DNA from: Verrucomicrobiota bacterium
GTDB taxonomy: Bacteria > Verrucomicrobiota > Verrucomicrobiia > Opitutales > Cerasicoccaceae
Direction: 5' to 3'
Length of the DNA: 64,000 nt
NCBI GenBank assembly: GCA_039818205.1
Contig: JBCBUK010000002.1
Span: 224,001 to 288,000 of the forward strand
Below the pieces are notes generated by a model, which was given only the letters and a program-made list of their open reading frames with translations, searched no databases and had not been told where the DNA came from. Each line of letters opens with the position of its first letter. Positions within the stretch are counted from its first letter, which is position 1. This document shows positions 52,841-63,587 of this stretch, piece by piece. A program made the position numbers and the translations under genes.

Positions 52841-53371
52841 ATGCCTTTTTACGAGTTCTATTGCCCAACAAACCACACGGTTTATACTTTTTTTGCACGC
52901 AGTTTTAAGCATGCGGGCTCGGTTCCGCGTTGTCCGGATGATCCTGAGGCGCCAATGCAAAAGCAGATCTCGCAGTTCTCATTTGTTAAAGCTTTGGGCG
53001 TCGAAGGGGACCCGGCACTCGACGATGCGAAATACGATGATCCGCGCTACGAAAACGCAATCAATGAGCTGGAGCGCGAGTTTCAAGGGATGGATGAAAA
53101 CAATCTCGACCCGCAGCAGCTCGGGCACTTGATGCGTAAGGTTTCCGAGGTGACTGGGCAACGGCTGCCGGGGTCCTTGGAAGAAATGGCTAAGCGTTTG
53201 GAAAAGGGCGAAGATCCCGAAGCACTCGAAGACGAGTATGGGGACAACGAAGAAGAGTTTGATCCGATGGCGGGTGTTGAGGGCAGCGCTGGTAAGCGAT
53301 TGATCCGGCGGTTGAGGAGTGTTCCGCGTCAGGATCCCGGTGTCTACGAGATGGAAGACTATCTCGATTGA
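52841..53371 (+). CDS. FmdB-family zinc-ribbon protein
   Basis: MPFYEFYCP...PRCP; start placed at ATG 52841. Confidence 0.75.
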   Translation: MPFYEFYCPTNHTVYTFFARSFKHAGSVPRCPDDPEAPMQKQISQFSFVKALGVEGDPALDDAKYDDPRYENAINELEREFQGMDENNLDPQQLGHLMRKVSEVTGQRLPGSLEEMAKRLEKGEDPEALEDEYGDNEEEFDPMAGVEGSAGKRLIRRLRSVPRQDPGVYEMEDYLD

Positions 53372-53398
53372 TCGGCTTCGAGAATTGGTTGAGCAATT

Positions 53399-55387
53399 CT
53401 ATCGGCTTCGTTTTTTCGCGACCTTCTTGGGCATCACCGAACCTTTGGTTAGGTAGGTCTTTTGCTTGAGCATGTCGGTGTAGAGGTTGAGCAACCGGAT
53501 GCCTTCGCGTGGTTTGACGATGTCATTACGGGTGGCGGCATCGATTTGCTTCTTCATGGCTTTGGTTAGGTCGCCGCCTTTGTATTGGATGAAATCGAGC
53601 ACCTCGTCGGTCGAAAAGCCTTTGATGGTTTCTTCAATGTAGAACCCATCTTCCTCATCGTCTTCCAAGAAGATGTGCACTTCGTTGACCCGGCCAAACA
53701 GGTTGTGAAGATCGCCCATGATATCCTGATAGGCGCCGACCAAAAAGATTCCGAGGTAGTAGGGCTTGTCCTTCTTTAGTGGGTGAAGCCTAAGGCTGTG
53801 GCGGACGTCCTCGAGATCCACGAACTCGGACACCTTGCCGTCGCTATCGCAGGTAATGTCGACGAGCGTCGCTTCCACGGTGGGTTCCTCGTCAAGCCGT
53901 TGGAGCGGTGCAATGGGAAAGAGTTGGTCCAGTGCCCAATGGTCCAACAGACTTTGGAACACCGAAAAGTTGCAGACGTATTGTTCAGAGAGCAGCGAAT
54001 TGAGGCCTTCGAGTTCTTCTGGAATGTAGCCATCGGTTTTCAATCCCGCCTGAATGTCACGGCAGATCTGCCAGAAGAATGTATCGGCGCGGGCGCGCGT
54101 GGGCAGATCAAGGTAGCCAAGCGAAAACAGGTTCGCGGCTTCTTCCTTCTTTTGTTGGGCATCGTGAAAGCGTTCCAGTGCGCCATGCCCATCCTTGTTC
54201 TCGAGGATGTAGAGCATGTCTTGCAGCAGCTTGTGCTTGGGCTTCTTGGCTGAAGCCGCTCGCTTTTCCGCTTCTTCCGGAATCTTGGCGATGCGGTCTA
54301 CGGCCTCGACTACCAGGATCGAGTGGGGCGCGACGATGGCACGGCCGCTTTCAGAAATGATGTCTGGCGGTGAAACTTCGGCCTGTTCGCATACGCTCTT
54401 GATATTGAAGACGACGTCTCGGGCGTATTCCTCCATTGAATAGTTCATCGAACTCTCGAAATTTGTCCGACTGCCATCGTAGTCGATCCCGAGGCCGCCG
54501 CCAACGTCAAGATATCTCACCGGGAAGCCCATTTTGTGGAGTTCGCAGTAAAATCGCGCGGCTTCACCGACAGCCTTTTTAATGGTCAGGATGTTTGGGA
54601 CCTGCGAGCCGATGTGGAAATGCAAGAGTTGAACGCAGGTCATCATTTTGGCCCGCTTCAGTTTCTTGGATGCTGCTACAATCTCGGCCGCCGTCAGTCC
54701 AAACTTGGCGTTGTCTCCGGTTGATGTTGCCCACTTGCCTTCACCCGGCGCCGATAGCTTCACCCGAAACCCGATTACGGGTTCGATGTTCACATCGCGC
54801 GAAACTTTGATGATCGCGTCAACTTCGGAGAACTGCTCGACCACTAGAATGACCTCGCGCCCAAGGCGGATGCCCAAGAGGGCTGCGCGGATGTAGTCGG
54901 TGTCCTTGTAGCCATTGCAAATGAGCAGGTCGCCTTTTCGATCGAGCTGGGAGAGGGCAATGAGCAACTCAGGCTTACTGCCGGCCTCGAGCCCGAAATC
55001 GTAGTCGCGACCGGCATCCAAAATTTCTTCAACGACTTCCCGCAGTTGGTTGACCTTAATGGGGAATACGCCGCGGTAGTTGCCGGGGTAGGCCTCTTCC
55101 TCGATGGCCCGGCGGAAGGCCTCGTTGAGTTGCTCTACCCGACGCCGCAGCATGTCCTGGATGCGAATCGTCATCGGCGGGCGGAGGCCGTGTTCGGATT
55201 CGGCCTCAGCGATGATGTCCGCAATGCGGATCGATGGTCCATCTTGGCCGAGAGGCTGGACGCAGATAAACCCCTGCTCGTCCGCGGAAAAGTGGCCTTG
55301 GCCCCAGCGCTGGAGACCGTAGTAGTCAGCCGATTGTTTGGCGGTCCAGGGGGTGTAGGATTCTTGGTCTTGGGTACCAGTGGTCAT
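53399..55387 (-). CDS. speA: Biosynthetic arginine decarboxylase
   Basis: VFPIKVNQ, GLEAGSKPEL, HFHIGSQ, DVGGGLG, DITCDSDG and GAYQDIMGDLHNLFG. Confidence 0.96.
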   Translation of the reverse strand: MTTGTQDQESYTPWTAKQSADYYGLQRWGQGHFSADEQGFICVQPLGQDGPSIRIADIIAEAESEHGLRPPMTIRIQDMLRRRVEQLNEAFRRAIEEEAYPGNYRGVFPIKVNQLREVVEEILDAGRDYDFGLEAGSKPELLIALSQLDRKGDLLICNGYKDTDYIRAALLGIRLGREVILVVEQFSEVDAIIKVSRDVNIEPVIGFRVKLSAPGEGKWATSTGDNAKFGLTAAEIVAASKKLKRAKMMTCVQLLHFHIGSQVPNILTIKKAVGEAARFYCELHKMGFPVRYLDVGGGLGIDYDGSRTNFESSMNYSMEEYARDVVFNIKSVCEQAEVSPPDIISESGRAIVAPHSILVVEAVDRIAKIPEEAEKRAASAKKPKHKLLQDMLYILENKDGHGALERFHDAQQKKEEAANLFSLGYLDLPTRARADTFFWQICRDIQAGLKTDGYIPEELEGLNSLLSEQYVCNFSVFQSLLDHWALDQLFPIAPLQRLDEEPTVEATLVDITCDSDGKVSEFVDLEDVRHSLRLHPLKKDKPYYLGIFLVGAYQDIMGDLHNLFGRVNEVHIFLEDDEEDGFYIEETIKGFSTDEVLDFIQYKGGDLTKAMKKQIDAATRNDIVKPREGIRLLNLYTDMLKQKTYLTKGSVMPKKVAKKRSR

Positions 55388-55462
55388 TGGAAGCAGGTCG
55401 GGAAAAGCGTGACACTATCGACGAGAATTCCAAATGGTCAATGACCAGAAATGCAAGAAGTG

Positions 55463-56362
55463 TTAAATATCTTGCTGGGGATTTTTAGCAGAAGGTCGGT
55501 GTTCGTCAAAATCTTCCTCGCAAAGCAGGTCAGGGTAGTGCTCCTGGCCGCATTCGGGGCACAAACTATGGCTGAACTCGGCCGGTGAATGCCGGCGGAT
55601 GAAGCTCTCGACCTCATGCCAGTAACCTTTGTCGTCCCGGACCTTTTTGCAATAGGCGCAGATTGGCAGGAGCCCCCGGAGGGTATCGATCTTTTCCAGG
55701 GCGACTTTCAACTCTTCATATGCGTCGCGCTGGTTTTGCCATTGGCGCAACTCGTCGATCCGCGTAAGGCGAATTCGCCAGCTGATGTAGGCGCCGCAAA
55801 TCGTCGCGACAGGAAATATCAACGCGGCTTCCCACCAGAGATGGTTGAATCCACCGTGCTGAAACAGCATTATCACATGAATGACGGTAAAGTAGACTCC
55901 AGAGATGATTTGATAGCTCAGGCGGCAGGGGACAAAAACGAAAATGGCGATGAGATACGCCAGGTCGGCCAACGATTGCTGATCTGCGTTGCTTGGAATA
56001 TACGAGTCTGCAACGACAAAAAGCGTACTCGTAATCATCATCCAGGCGAGGGTCCCGATTTGGAGATGGCTGACCTTCTTGAGATACCGGGCGGCGATCA
56101 CAAATACCAACGCGATCGCGAGGAGGGAAAATCGGACTGTGACCGTAAAGGGGCAAAGACCGCCGTCCGGGTTCATCTCACACTGGTCGACGATAAACCC
56201 AAAATTCACCATCCCGATCAGCAATACCGCGATATAGAGCATTCGCCGATCAGATGCCTCATGCCGCTGATCAATAGCGTCGTTCAATTCCCGCCAGGAT
56301 GGTGACGAATTCTCAGTATCGTTTGGCGGGCCTTTGGCTGATGAATGATGTTCAGTATGCAT
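55463..56362 (-). CDS. Multi-TM protein with a coiled coil and a C-terminal Cys/His zinc-binding module
   Basis: About six TM helices followed by LPICAYCKKVRDDKGYW...SHSLCPEC. Confidence 0.72.
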   Translation of the reverse strand: MHTEHHSSAKGPPNDTENSSPSWRELNDAIDQRHEASDRRMLYIAVLLIGMVNFGFIVDQCEMNPDGGLCPFTVTVRFSLLAIALVFVIAARYLKKVSHLQIGTLAWMMITSTLFVVADSYIPSNADQQSLADLAYLIAIFVFVPCRLSYQIISGVYFTVIHVIMLFQHGGFNHLWWEAALIFPVATICGAYISWRIRLTRIDELRQWQNQRDAYEELKVALEKIDTLRGLLPICAYCKKVRDDKGYWHEVESFIRRHSPAEFSHSLCPECGQEHYPDLLCEEDFDEHRPSAKNPQQDI

Positions 56363-56450
56363 GAGCGACTAGATCGCAAAGCAAGGTCAGGACGTTTCAA
56401 GACCTTGCTACTCCGCTTCGGTTGTGCAATCCATAAATTGATTCCCGATT

Positions 56451-58646
56451 CTAAAGAAGCTGGGCGCTGACGGTCAGGCCAGCCATTGCAATCGATACCA
56501 TACTCATCAACTTTATCAAAATGTTCAAGCTGGGGCCCGAAGTGTCTTTGAACGGGTCGCCAACGGTATCCCCGATCACAGTGGCTTTGTGCGCCTCAGA
56601 GTTCTTGCCGCCCATGTTGCCTTCCTCGACGTATTTTTTCGCGTTGTCCCACGCCCCGCCAGCATTCGCCATGAAGACCGCGAGGACAAACCCACTGCCT
56701 AATCCGCCAGCGAGGAGGCCAATCACGCCAGCCGGTCCAAAGATAACGCCCATGACTATCGGGACGATGACCGCGATTGCGGCGGGGAACTGCATTTCCC
56801 TCTGCGCGCCAAGGGTCGAAATCTCAACGCAGCGCGCGTAGTCAGGCTTTTCTTTTCCATCAAGGATCCCGGGCATCGCTTTGAACTGACGCCGAACCTC
56901 AGCGACCATTTCTCCTGCGGCCCGCCCGACTGCATTCATCGTTAAACCACAGAACAAGAACGCCATCAGTGAGCCTACAAAGATTCCGACCAGCACGCTT
57001 GGATTGAGCAAATCGATCTGGAAGTAGGCAATGAAATCCCAGTCATCTGCAACGCCGGGCAGGAGCTGGGATCCATCTGGGAAAACCATCATCTCGCCAC
57101 CTTCGCGAAGGGCGGCTTTCAATTGTTCGAGGTACGAGGCTAGGAGGGCCAGGGCGGTCAATGCCGCCGAACCAATGGCGAAACCCTTGCCAATGGCTGC
57201 CGTCGTGTTACCGAGAGCGTCGAGTGCATCCGTCCGTTCACGCACTTCCGGAGGGAGTTTACTCATCTCCGCATTGCCACCTGCGTTGTCCGCGATGGGT
57301 CCGTAAGCGTCGGTGGCCAGGGTTATGCCGAGGGTCGAGAGCATGCCTACGGCGGCGAAGCCAATACCATAAAGGCCCATGGGTAAGTTGCTGGTATCGA
57401 AGCCACTAGCGAACTGGAAACTCATGATAATTCCCAACGCGACGACGGCGACTGGAATGGTTGTCGAAATCATGCCAGTGCCGATTCCGGAAATGATGAC
57501 CGTGGCGGGTCCCGTTTCACCGCTTTCGGCGATTTTCTGGGTGGGCCGATGCGCGTGCGAGGTGTAATATTCGGTGGCTTTGCCGATGATGATTCCAACG
57601 ATGAGCCCAGTCACAACTGATCCCCATAGGCCAATGGCGTTGGGGAGACCGACCGCGAGCAGGATGATTAATGACCCGATTGCGACTAAAAAAGCGGCGG
57701 TGTTTATGCCTCGATCCAGCGAGTGCAGGAGTGCTTTTTGATCCGCACCGCTTTTCACTTTCACCTGAAATACGCCCCAAACCGAGAGCAGGGCGCCGAG
57801 GCCCGCAACGAGCATCGGCGCGACCATGGCCTTCATTTGCAGTTCTTGAAATCCGACAAATGCAGCAACCCCCAGGGTTGCGGTTGCCAGGATGGAGCCG
57901 CAATAGGATTCAAAGAGATCCGCGCCCATGCCCGCGACATCGCCCACGAAGTCACCAACATTGTCCGCAATTGTTGCCGGGTTTCGCGGGTCGTCCTCGG
58001 GGATGCTGTTCTCGACTTTGCCAACCAGGTCTGCGCCAACGTCAGCCGCTTTAGTATAGATGCCCCCACCAACACGCGCAAATAGAGCCTGGAGCGAAGC
58101 GCCCATACCGTAGAGCAGCATGGTTGTCGTGATAATCAGCATATTATCGGGCCCGTTGGGTCCGTCTATCGGATAGATCTTGGAAAGGATAAAAAAGCCA
58201 AGTGAGATTGCGAGAAGGCCGAGCCCAACCACGGAAAGTCCCATGACGGCGCCGCTGCGGAACGCTACACGAAGCCCCTGGTCCAATGAGTGCCGGGCAG
58301 CTTCGGCGGTTCGGCTGGCCGAGGCGGTGGCCGTTTTCATGCCGAAATAACCAGCGAGCCCGGAGAAGAATCCGCCCACGAGGAAGGCGAAGGGCGAGCC
58401 CTTGTTGATCAGATTGAAAAGGAAGGCCATTGCCAGAAACACCAGAAACAGGACGCCGAAAACGCGAATGACGGCCTTGTATTGCTGTTTGAGGTAGGCT
58501 CGGGCACCATCGCTTACGTAGGAGGCGATCTCGACCATTCGCGCATTCCCGGGCGGTTGTTGAATCATGCTGGCATAGAAGCGCCAGGCGAAAAACAGGG
58601 CGATGATGGCGGAAATGGGTGCGAACCAGAAGAAGGGGTAATTCAT
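56451..58646 (-). CDS. hppA: Membrane-integral pyrophosphatase, K+-dependent (probably Na+-translocating)
   Basis: [46 protein letters not shown] (Ala marks K+ dependence) and [14 protein letters not shown]; start placed at ATG 58646. Confidence 0.94.
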   Translation of the reverse strand: MNYPFFWFAPISAIIALFFAWRFYASMIQQPPGNARMVEIASYVSDGARAYLKQQYKAVIRVFGVLFLVFLAMAFLFNLINKGSPFAFLVGGFFSGLAGYFGMKTATASASRTAEAARHSLDQGLRVAFRSGAVMGLSVVGLGLLAISLGFFILSKIYPIDGPNGPDNMLIITTTMLLYGMGASLQALFARVGGGIYTKAADVGADLVGKVENSIPEDDPRNPATIADNVGDFVGDVAGMGADLFESYCGSILATATLGVAAFVGFQELQMKAMVAPMLVAGLGALLSVWGVFQVKVKSGADQKALLHSLDRGINTAAFLVAIGSLIILLAVGLPNAIGLWGSVVTGLIVGIIIGKATEYYTSHAHRPTQKIAESGETGPATVIISGIGTGMISTTIPVAVVALGIIMSFQFASGFDTSNLPMGLYGIGFAAVGMLSTLGITLATDAYGPIADNAGGNAEMSKLPPEVRERTDALDALGNTTAAIGKGFAIGSAALTALALLASYLEQLKAALREGGEMMVFPDGSQLLPGVADDWDFIAYFQIDLLNPSVLVGIFVGSLMAFLFCGLTMNAVGRAAGEMVAEVRRQFKAMPGILDGKEKPDYARCVEISTLGAQREMQFPAAIAVIVPIVMGVIFGPAGVIGLLAGGLGSGFVLAVFMANAGGAWDNAKKYVEEGNMGGKNSEAHKATVIGDTVGDPFKDTSGPSLNILIKLMSMVSIAMAGLTVSAQLL

Positions 58647-58666
58647 CGTGTCTCTTGCGTTAATAG

Positions 58667-58704
58667 GTCCCACCGGCAATTCGACGATTGTCGTGCTGGC
58701 GGTT
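58667..58704 (-). promoter_or_regulatory. Structured 5' leader hairpin upstream of hppA (candidate cis-regulatory RNA)
   Basis: Minus strand aaccgccagca-cgac-aatc-gtcg-aat-tgccggtgggac folds into an extended bulged hairpin ending 20 nt before the ATG. Confidence 0.35.
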
Positions 58705-58918
58705 CTGTAGATTGCGGTTGGTCAGTTGCTTAGGAACAAACTAACGGCAAGGCCAAGTAGCCGCAAGAGTGTTTCTTGGGTGAGCCAAAAAATGTCCGGG
58801 TTTGCCAGATTCTGGTCGAATACTCGTGTTGATAAGCGCCTCTCATCGTATCTTTTAGTATCCGCAAATTTTTTAGAATTGGGTTGATCGATCGCAGTGC
58901 TTTCGCTCAACTCGCCGG

Positions 58919-59692
58919 ATGTTGTTTCGTTTGCTCGCTCCGCTTGTTGGGCTTTTCGCATTCCTGATGTCGGGTTGCGGGAGTTCCGAGGAGTCGGTAG
59001 ACAAGCAGGCGAACCAGCCAATGGACACGCAGCCGGCGGACAATAAAGTCAGCCGGGTGGCGTTTCTTCCGTCTCGCGACTTGAGCTATTTGCCGGAGCA
59101 CTCCGAGTTCCTTTATGGCGAATTGGATCGGCAATTGATGACGTGGATGAAGGAGAATGGCGTTGCCGTTACCTCGGCATCGGTCGTTTCGTCGATCATC
59201 CTCGCCAATAACTCGGCTCTGTTGCGTAGCCTGAAGTCCCCGAAGACTGGCGAGATGGAATCTGCTGTTGCCGAGATCATGAGTGAGATTCGGGAGGAAG
59301 AGCCGGTTGATTTCTTTATCATTCCGCAGGCGATGGTTCAGTCCGTCTTCTTGGATCCGCCGTACGCCTCGGCGGAACTGATGGGCGTCGACCGTGATTT
59401 CGTAACGTTTGGGGAGGCAGTTGGCTCGACACCCTTACAGTTGGACACGGCGGTCTTATTGGTCGTTGTTTGCAATGAACGGGGCAATCCGGTCTATTTT
59501 GGGAAAAGTGGCATCGACTTCTTGGAAAATGGTGTTCGCGCCGGCGATCACGTCTATACGTCGCCCAAGCAGCCTGGTCAGATTTCGGAGGATGACATTG
59601 ATGAGGCCATCTACCTGGCCTTCAAAGAGTGGCTGGAAGCAATCCGGCCAACGCGTGCTCCTCCAATGGGTTCCAATATCCGCCCGATCTAG
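58919..59692 (+). CDS. Hypothetical lipoprotein
   Basis: MLFRLLAPLVGLFAFLMSGC lipobox. Confidence 0.7.
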   Translation: MLFRLLAPLVGLFAFLMSGCGSSEESVDKQANQPMDTQPADNKVSRVAFLPSRDLSYLPEHSEFLYGELDRQLMTWMKENGVAVTSASVVSSIILANNSALLRSLKSPKTGEMESAVAEIMSEIREEEPVDFFIIPQAMVQSVFLDPPYASAELMGVDRDFVTFGEAVGSTPLQLDTAVLLVVVCNERGNPVYFGKSGIDFLENGVRAGDHVYTSPKQPGQISEDDIDEAIYLAFKEWLEAIRPTRAPPMGSNIRPI

Positions 59693-59818
59693 AGCCGCCT
59701 CGCTTGCAGGATGTATCCTGCGTTGTTCGCTGCTTTAGCAATACCGCAAAGCGCTGATTCGCGCTTGCTTTCCCGGGCACCATTCGTTTGTGTGCCCGCT
59801 TTTTCCGTTTTAAAGATC

Positions 59819-60193
59819 ATGCTCGACAACCTATTTAATCCAATCGCAATCATTACACTTGCCCAATCTGGGGGAGAGGGCGGCCTGCTCAGTATGCTGG
59901 GGCCGATGATCCTTCTGATGGCAGGTATGTGGTTTCTGCTCATCGCGCCGCAGCGCAAAATGCAAAAGCAGCACGACCGCTTGGTCGCCGAGCTGAAGAA
60001 TGGCGACGAGGTCTTAACTAAGGGCGGCCTTTATGGCACGGTGGTCAACGTTAAGTCTGACCGTTTCGTGATCAAAGTGTCCGAGAATACTAAGATCGAA
60101 GTCGCAAAACCGTTTATTCAATCAGTCGAAAAGAAAAAGGGTGAGAAGGCCAAGAGCGACGATTCCGCCGAGGGAAGTTCCAAGGGGAAATAG
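59819..60193 (+). CDS. yajC: Preprotein translocase subunit YajC
   Basis: MWFLLIAPQRK and LKNGDEVLTKGGLYGTV; immediately upstream of secDF. Confidence 0.92.
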   Translation: MLDNLFNPIAIITLAQSGGEGGLLSMLGPMILLMAGMWFLLIAPQRKMQKQHDRLVAELKNGDEVLTKGGLYGTVVNVKSDRFVIKVSENTKIEVAKPFIQSVEKKKGEKAKSDDSAEGSSKGK

Positions 60194-60241
60194 TAACTCA
60201 GCGCCATCGCACTCGACCGACTCCCAGACTCAATTAATCCC

Positions 60242-62956
60242 ATGAAAAATTCCATCTTCTGGAAACTAATTTTGACCGCGGCTATTTTGGCTTGGGCGGT
60301 GCTTGGTTTGTTCCCGCTTAAAGACACGGACTTCCGTGATTACATTATCGGGCAATCCATCGCCGAGCGCGTCGAAGACGAGGGCAAGCAGCCCACCGTA
60401 AAAAAGATCGAAGATCGCTCCGAGTACGAGAAACTTCTCTCGGACGTGGATGCGGCAGTCGAATCCGGCAAGTATGATTCGTTCTTTATTGCCCTGCGCG
60501 AAACCGCCAACGAACAGGACATCGATTTGCACAGCAAGTTTTTCGCGGACATCCGCGTGGTCAACGAACCAAATCAGGAGCGCCGCAACGGCCTGATCTT
60601 GGATTATCTGTATGGCCAAACCCGGGGTAAACTTCGCCCCGGCCTTGACCTCGGCAGCGGTGTTTCCTTCACCCTTGCAATTGACGAGGAGCAGGATGCA
60701 AATGGCGCGGGCGATCGCCTCGAGAAGCTCGTTGAGATTCTCGATGGCCGGGTGAACTCCCTCGGTGTGGCCGAGCCAATTATCCAGCCGCGTCCACCAA
60801 ATCGCGTTGAAGTTCAGCTTCCAGGGGTCGACCTGCAACAGAATCCCGAGATTGTGGACATCATTGTTCGCCCAGCTCGTTTGGACTTCCGGACATCTCA
60901 TCGCTACCAAACACCGGGTCCGCAGGATGCCGTTGGATCGACAAAATCGCTTCAGATCAGTCCATCGAAGCCTCAAGAAGCACAATATGAGGTAATGGAA
61001 TATGAGAGCACCGATCGCCGCAGCGGTCAGACGAACACCTACAAGCTTTGGGTGAAGCGGATTCCTGAGGCGCACGGTAGCATCATTGAGAATTCCTACG
61101 CGACTTTTGACGGTGGTGGCCAGATCGTGGTCGGCTTCGATACGACCGACGAGGGTGCGGACGTCATGAAGAAGATGACCCAACGCATTTATGACCAAGA
61201 CAAGCAAACCGGCACACAGGAATCGCTCGTTGTGGTGCTTGACGGCGAAATTGAATCGGTTGCTGGGATCCAGAGCCCGATTGGTAACAGCGGTGTGATC
61301 ACCGGTAACTATTCGCAGACGGAGGTTCTCGAGCTGGTCAGTGCGTTGAACAATCCGCTCGAGTTTGGTCTTATCATCGAGCAGAAGCAAGAGGTCGGTC
61401 CTAGTCTTGCGGAAGACGCACGGGATGCCTCGGTTAAGGCGGCCATGTATGGTGCTGGCGCGGTTATTCTGTTCATGTTGGCTTACTACCTGTCCTCGGG
61501 TATCGTTGCGGTTCTTTCCGTCACGCTGAATTTGACGATTGTCCTCGGAGTTCTGGCCAGTGTTGGCGCAACGATGACCTTGCCTGGTGTGGCTGCGTTG
61601 GTCTTGACCATCGGTATGGCGGTGGACGCCAACATTCTGATTTTTGAACGGATACGAGAGGAAATCGTTTCCGGCAAGAGCATTAAGAATGCTTTGCAGT
61701 CGGGTTACGATAAGGCGTTTTCAACGATCGTGGACGCGAACGTTACCACGATGATTACGGCTGCGATTCTCTTTTGGTTGGGCACCGGTCCGGTCAAGGG
61801 TTTTGGTCTAACTTTGGCGATCGGTATTGGATCTTCGGTTTTCTCCGCGCTGATCATTAGCCGCGCATTCTTGGAGCTCCTTCTCGTGACTGGTCTCGCG
61901 AAGAAGCTCATTCCAGACTTCAGCCTTCAGCGTTCCTTGGGAATCTCTGAGCTGAACTTCCTTGGAAAGCGCAAGCCAGCGTTTATCGGATCCTGGGCGA
62001 TTGTTGCTGCGGGGGTTGTTGCGATCGCAATTTCATCGAGCTCGATTCTTGGTATCGATTTCCGTGGTGGTGCCGAAGTTCTGATGTCGTTCAACCAGGA
62101 AGCCAAAGGGGATCTGGAGATCACGAAGATTCTAGACGTTGCCGAACAGAATAATCTCGGCGAAGTGCAGCCGCTTTTCCAATCCGAAATCGGGCAGGGA
62201 GTTGAGCGTCTGCGCGTTCAAGTGGATGACGAACAAGGGCGCTCAGATCAACTGGTTGCTGCTCTGCAAACCGCATTTCCAAATGCGGAACTCGTCAAGG
62301 TTTCCGAAAGTATTATTGGAGCAACCGTTAGTACGACGATCGTGAAGAACGCGATTCTGTCAGTCCTTACCGCATTGGTGGGTATTCTTCTTTACGTGGC
62401 GGTTCGATTTGAGATCGGTTACGGTGTCGGAGCGGTGGTCGCGACGGTTCACGATATTATGATGTCGATCGGGGTTTACGTGATTCTCGGGCAGCTGCTT
62501 GGAATTGGCAGTGGCCAGTTTTCGGCACCGATGGTTGCGGCTATCCTGATGATTGTTGGTTATTCGATCAATGACACCATCGTTGTTTTCGACCGTATTC
62601 GGGAGGAGCTGGAATTGAATCCCGCCATGAAACTTTTCGACGTGGTCAACCTCGCGATCAGTCGGACGCTGAGTCGGACCTTGCTTACGAGTATCACGAC
62701 CTTTGTCGCGGCACTCGCCTTGTTCATCTTCGGTGTGGGCGTGGTTACCGACTTCGCGTTGGTCTTCCTGATCGGTATTTTGACGGGAACATTCTCCTCG
62801 ATCTTCATTGCGAGCCCCGTGTTCTTCTGGTGGCACAAGGGAGATCGGAAGCACGTTACCGATCATGAATTTGCCAAGCCAACCTATGAGTGGGAAGCTG
62901 GCAGCAAGCGGGCCAGCAAAGAATCCCAGGCCAAGGAACTTGGGGCCAAAACCTAA
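60242..62956 (+). CDS. secDF: Protein translocase SecDF fusion
   Basis: GLDL, RVNSLGVAEP, GMAVDANILIFERIREE, GIDFRGG and GYSINDTIVVFDRIRE. Confidence 0.96.
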   Translation: MKNSIFWKLILTAAILAWAVLGLFPLKDTDFRDYIIGQSIAERVEDEGKQPTVKKIEDRSEYEKLLSDVDAAVESGKYDSFFIALRETANEQDIDLHSKFFADIRVVNEPNQERRNGLILDYLYGQTRGKLRPGLDLGSGVSFTLAIDEEQDANGAGDRLEKLVEILDGRVNSLGVAEPIIQPRPPNRVEVQLPGVDLQQNPEIVDIIVRPARLDFRTSHRYQTPGPQDAVGSTKSLQISPSKPQEAQYEVMEYESTDRRSGQTNTYKLWVKRIPEAHGSIIENSYATFDGGGQIVVGFDTTDEGADVMKKMTQRIYDQDKQTGTQESLVVVLDGEIESVAGIQSPIGNSGVITGNYSQTEVLELVSALNNPLEFGLIIEQKQEVGPSLAEDARDASVKAAMYGAGAVILFMLAYYLSSGIVAVLSVTLNLTIVLGVLASVGATMTLPGVAALVLTIGMAVDANILIFERIREEIVSGKSIKNALQSGYDKAFSTIVDANVTTMITAAILFWLGTGPVKGFGLTLAIGIGSSVFSALIISRAFLELLLVTGLAKKLIPDFSLQRSLGISELNFLGKRKPAFIGSWAIVAAGVVAIAISSSSILGIDFRGGAEVLMSFNQEAKGDLEITKILDVAEQNNLGEVQPLFQSEIGQGVERLRVQVDDEQGRSDQLVAALQTAFPNAELVKVSESIIGATVSTTIVKNAILSVLTALVGILLYVAVRFEIGYGVGAVVATVHDIMMSIGVYVILGQLLGIGSGQFSAPMVAAILMIVGYSINDTIVVFDRIREELELNPAMKLFDVVNLAISRTLSRTLLTSITTFVAALALFIFGVGVVTDFALVFLIGILTGTFSSIFIASPVFFWWHKGDRKHVTDHEFAKPTYEWEAGSKRASKESQAKELGAKT

Positions 62957-62980
62957 GTTGGGCTAAGAGAATTTTTTCGG

Positions 62981-63010
62981 AGCGCGTCCTTAACGGGGCG
63001 CGCTTTTTTT
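62981..63010 (+). terminator. Intrinsic terminator after secDF
   Basis: agcgcgtcct-taac-ggggcgcgct followed by a T-run. Confidence 0.85.
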
Positions 63011-63012
63011 GG

Positions 63013-63411
63013 CTACTGGTGAAACATGCGGAACGGATTCCCTTTGAATAGGAACTGCATCATGAGCAGATTTGCTAGGAGCCCGAGGCGAATTGCGGTT
63101 TCGATGGTCATGATCACGAGTGCCCACTTTATGCCCGAGATTCGCCGAAAGCCGAAGCCCGCGATCGATACCAGGAGCATTATTCCGCCCTGAAGGCCGC
63201 CACGCGGATCGAAGGCCATTGCAATCATGTAGAACCAGATCACCGTGAGGCTCATTAGCCAGATGAATATCAACGAGTTAGCTGGTTTCCTGTCTTGGTC
63301 GAGCGGGTGGAGACCCTTGCGAATTTGCTTCACTCCAATGTACCGCTCAGTCACCAGCAATTGCGTGATGTCGAACAGCATAATGATTGGAGCAATGAAG
63401 ATGAGAAACAT
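63013..63411 (-). CDS. Hypothetical membrane protein
   Basis: 132-aa ORF with four hydrophobic segments. Confidence 0.65.
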   Translation of the reverse strand: MFLIFIAPIIMLFDITQLLVTERYIGVKQIRKGLHPLDQDRKPANSLIFIWLMSLTVIWFYMIAMAFDPRGGLQGGIMLLVSIAGFGFRRISGIKWALVIMTIETAIRLGLLANLLMMQFLFKGNPFRMFHQ

Positions 63412-63565
63412 TCAGCCGGAGGATAGTAGGAATTATAAAACAGGCACAATTAGGTGAGTTTTTCACATGCGAAAAGCCTTTTGTTTGAGTTCCACGATTA
63501 GAAGCGCCCGGATGTAATAAAATACCTCGAAAAAAATGGGTTCGATCGTTTGACAATTTCGCCAA

Positions 63566-63583
63566 TTAAAACAATCGTTTGAA
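63566..63583. promoter_or_regulatory. PsrA-type inverted-repeat operator
   Basis: TTAAAAC-AATC-GTTTGAA ends 4 nt before the TetR start and resembles the CAAAC-N-GTTTG PsrA box; TTGACA at 63550. Confidence 0.65.
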
Positions 63584-63587
63584 ACTA

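Noticed and set aside
60266..61390. 374-aa minus-strand ORF
   Set aside because: Antisense shadow of secDF.
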